From positions 8,456-72,455 of the IMG/VR virus record IMGVR_UViG_3300038701_002052: DNA of 64,000 bases; one strand, 5' to 3'. A program made the position numbers and the translations under genes. Shown one piece after another: positions 61,223 to 64,000 of the stretch. Numbering within the stretch: the stretch's first letter is position 1; each line of letters opens with the position of its first letter. The notes under the pieces are model-generated. The model did not search any database. It had not been told where the DNA came from and worked only from the letters and a program-made list of their open reading frames with translations. This DNA comes from a virus.

Positions 61223-61489
61223 ATGTTACCCAAAACTATGGTTACCTCAGAGCATACGGCACGCTTCTCGGCGGTCGCGGACAAGGAACTCATCGACATC
61301 CTCCGCAGGAAGGACATCGGTGACGAGTGCGTCCTGACCGTGACGTTCCGCATCAACGAGGTGACCGATGACCACGTTTCCGGTGTCATGGTCGACGCCA
61401 TCCCTGAAGGCTACGAGGAGGACGCTGACGAACCCGTGCCCGGTGAGGATGTCAGCGTGGCCGTGCTTTCCACCGTCCCCGAGGAGTGA
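61223..61489 (+). CDS. Hypothetical acidic protein
   Basis: Lies between terL and the portal. Confidence 0.55.
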   Translation: MLPKTMVTSEHTARFSAVADKELIDILRRKDIGDECVLTVTFRINEVTDDHVSGVMVDAIPEGYEEDADEPVPGEDVSVAVLSTVPEE

Positions 61490-61788
61490 ATTCCAGGCAG
61501 TCCATCAAGCAGGTTCTGATACGCCAATGGTTCGAGGAGATCGGGAAGTCCCGGAAGCTCAACCGCCGATGGGGGGATGATGACGTGTTCCGCCTCTGTC
61601 ACAAGACCGGCCTGCAGCCCGAGGAGCTGGCGGACATGATCTGGTCGGGCCGTTCGCTGCGGAAGGCTCCTGCCGGTGGCTGGTCCGGCCCCGTCTCGCT
61701 CCACCTCACCCACTTTGACCAGTACGTCGACCACGTCCGGCTCGGATCGCCGATCCGGCCCATTGTCCCCGCTTTCGCCATAGACTGA
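61486..61788 (+). CDS. Hypothetical protein
   Basis: Coupled ORF. Confidence 0.55.
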   Translation: MNSRQSIKQVLIRQWFEEIGKSRKLNRRWGDDDVFRLCHKTGLQPEELADMIWSGRSLRKAPAGGWSGPVSLHLTHFDQYVDHVRLGSPIRPIVPAFAID

Positions 61789-64000
61789 TGCATACGAAAT
61801 TCCCGGAGATTCTCCGCAAGACCGGATCCACCAACGAGCGTCTCAAGGAGGTGCTGACCTCGGTCGCACCTGACGCGCAGGAAGGTCCGATGCCGGACGA
61901 GGACTCGCCTCTGATGAAGGACGTCCGGAACCGAAAGCGGCTCGAGGACTCCATCGCCAGCAAGACCCACGAGGGGATGTCGCGCAGTCTCCGGAATGCC
62001 GCGCCCTACTCCGCGGCGGACATGGCCTACGACACGGACACCATCACGCGTGACCGCTACCCGCTCTCGCTCTACGCCAAGGGGAAGATCACCGTGGACC
62101 GGTGCCGGGAGATGCTCGGCCCCACCACGTCGTCCACCTACCAGAAATACACACGCAGGACCGAGGGCCAGGCCGGGGACAAGGTCCATCTTCCCGCCTT
62201 CGTCGAGGCTCCGGTCAACCTGGTCAAGTCCTTCGTCAACCGGCGCTGGGCACCCCAGAAGGTGAAGTTTGAGAACCTCTTTCCCTACCTCCGTTACGAG
62301 CCCCGCACCACCGGACCCGTCGCGGAGCTGAAGGCGGACGCCGTCTCCCAGATCATGGAGATCATGGCGGATAATTTCGGCTACCGTCACAGCGACAGCC
62401 AGGCGGTTCTCGGCGGCTTGCTCTACTCCCACTCGATCGACTTTGTTGCGCGGGCATGGACCTGCGACATGGGATATGACATCGAGGACGTTGTGGAGGA
62501 GATCATGGAAGGAAAGGACACGTCCGAGTCCTTCAAGCTCAAGAGCCGCGTGGTGCGCGAGGGTGTCGAGTTCGCCTCCCCTCACCCGTCCCGCGTCTAC
62601 AGCGACACGAACTACCCGCTGTCCATGATCAACTTCGACCACGGTCCGCAGTACATCGGGTTCTGGGACGTGAAGCGGTATTCGGACGTCTACCACGATC
62701 CGGATTTCTTCAACGTCGACAACATCGGGACAGGTGACCGGCTCTGGGACCTGTTCGGCAGCTACCCGGAATACTTCTCGACCTACATGTCCACGATACG
62801 TGAGCCGGTGAGGACCACGGTCGACCCGTCACTGGACAACGATCGCAAGTCCACGGTCGGGTTCTACTCGATCGAGAAGGAGGACGAGTCCATCCTGGTG
62901 ACCGAGCATTACGAGCGGATCATCCCGCTGGAATACGGCATCGGTGACTACCCCCACCCGATCTGGGTCCACTTCACCATCGCCTCGGACGATCGCATCG
63001 TCTTTGCGGAGTTCCTTCCTTCACGTCCGGCATGCTACCTGGGGATCAACGAGCACGACGGTCGCGAGCGCACCGCCTCGTTCGCCATGGACCTGCTCCC
63101 GTTCCAGGACCACGCCACGAACATCGCCACCCACTCACTCCGCCTGCTCGCGTTGGAGATCTTCAAGGTCATCGAGATCAATGCCGACCGCCTGTATTCC
63201 CCGAACGGGAAGCAGGACGAGGCGGCGAAGGCGCTCGAGGAGATCAGGGGATTTCTCAAGTCGGACGACTTCTTCAAGAACCCGTGCGTCCTGACCATCG
63301 AGTCCAGCCTCGAGAAGCTCAAGGAGCTGGCGGGCGGCGCGGCGCTGGGAGATCTCATCAAGATCCATGAGGTCAAGGTGACCGGTTCCATCGCGGCCGG
63401 CATCACGGCCATGGGCCAGCTCATCTCGCTTGCGGAACGCCTCACGGCCATGAGCCCCGCCGAGCAGGGACAGCCCGCACCGCGTGAGATCTCAGCCCGT
63501 GAGGTGACCGCCATCGAGGGGACCACCTCGTCGGTCTACAATTCCATCTCGGACGCGATCGACAATTTCCGCTCCGCCAAGAAGCGCATCCTCCACGACT
63601 CATGGCTCGCCTACGGTCAGCCGGAGTTCGAGGTGGCAGTGGCGGCACGCTACCCCGAGAACGTGATCACGGACGCCGGGTTCGAGATCGTCCAGGGCGA
63701 GGGTGAGATCGTGGACCCGAACGGGGCGCGACGCCACACCATCAAGGGGCGCAAGACCAACCTGCAGTTCCCGATGGTCTACTCGTCGAGGGACGGGTCG
63801 GAACGCGCATCCAATCCCGAGATGGCCGCGACGCTCGCACAGCTCACCCAGTTCATCTTCCAGGAGCCGACCGGTTCCGTCCTGCAGGCCATGGGCAAGC
63901 CCCGCCTGTTCGAGCTGATGAACACGGTGGTCCGCCTGTCCGATGCGGGATTTGATCTCAACCTCAAGCTGGAGCCCGGTGAGGATCCGTCCTTCGGCCA
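61788..64000 (+). CDS. Probable portal protein, 3'-truncated by the window edge (absent from the ORF track)
   Basis: ATG in TGATG at 61788: MHTKFPEILRKTG...SQIMEIMADNFGYRH...; no in-frame stop seen in the parts translated; position follows terL. Confidence 0.65.
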   Translation, partial: MHTKFPEILRKTGSTNERLKEVLTSVAPDAQEGPMPDEDSPLMKDVRNRKRLEDSIASKTHEGMSRSLRNAAPYSAADMAYDTDTITRDRYPLSLYAKGKITVDRCREMLGPTTSSTYQKYTRRTEGQAGDKVHLPAFVEAPVNLVKSFVNRRWAPQKVKFENLFPYLRYEPRTTGPVAELKADAVSQIMEIMADNFGYRHSDSQAVLGGLLYSHSIDFVARAWTCDMGYDIEDVVEEIMEGKDTSESFKLKSRVVREGVEFASPHPSRVYSDTNYPLSMINFDHGPQYIGFWDVKRYSDVYHDPDFFNVDNIGTGDRLWDLFGSYPEYFSTYMSTIREPVRTTVDPSLDNDRKSTVGFYSIEKEDESILVTEHYERIIPLEYGIGDYPHPIWVHFTIASDDRIVFAEFLPSRPACYLGINEHDGRERTASFAMDLLPFQDHATNIATHSLRLLALEIFKVIEINADRLYSPNGKQDEAAKALEEIRGFLKSDDFFKNPCVLTIESSLEKLKELAGGAALGDLIKIHEVKVTGSIAAGITAMGQLISLAERLTAMSPAEQGQPAPREISAREVTAIEGTTSSVYNSISDAIDNFRSAKKRILHDSWLAYGQPEFEVAVAARYPENVITDAGFEIVQGEGEIVDPNGARRHTIKGRKTNLQFPMVYSSRDGSERASNPEMAATLAQLTQFIFQEPTGSVLQAMGKPRLFELMNTVVRLSDAGFDLNLKLEPGEDPSFG

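Overview
The window is most of a temperate, probably podovirus-like tailed phage genome. It appears to be the non-integrated form, since attP is intact beside the integrase, and it is circularly permuted. Gene order: internal virion/ejection proteins (1-11.5 kb); two large signal-peptide proteins, a beta-helix tailspike-like protein and an Ig-repeat protein with a CXXCH haem-c motif (11.5-17.9 kb); a membrane/lysis cassette; nucleotide-metabolism genes; a leftward replication/recombination arm (intein-containing DnaB, replication protein, SSB-like, RusA-like); a divergent ribbon-helix-helix switch; attP (3' part of tRNA-Arg(CCG) between 26-bp arm repeats) with its integrase; a long rightward early/accessory arm (i-type lysozyme, DUF3560-like/MTase pair, beta-clamp-like protein, second tyrosine recombinase); and terminase/portal at the right edge. 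The most unusual signals are: (1) integron attC-like sites, four with the canonical hairpin and extrahelical bases, separating small genes in four accessory regions, in inverted orientation and with no IntI; (2) two 530-700 nt hairpin-dense non-coding regions that look like large ornate RNAs; (3) a phage-borne exported c-type cytochrome candidate; (4) a recurrent CCCGTAACT-type operator at operon starts and in attP. A Verrucomicrobiota/PVC-type host is only an inference. All family assignments come from motif recognition by eye, not from database searches.
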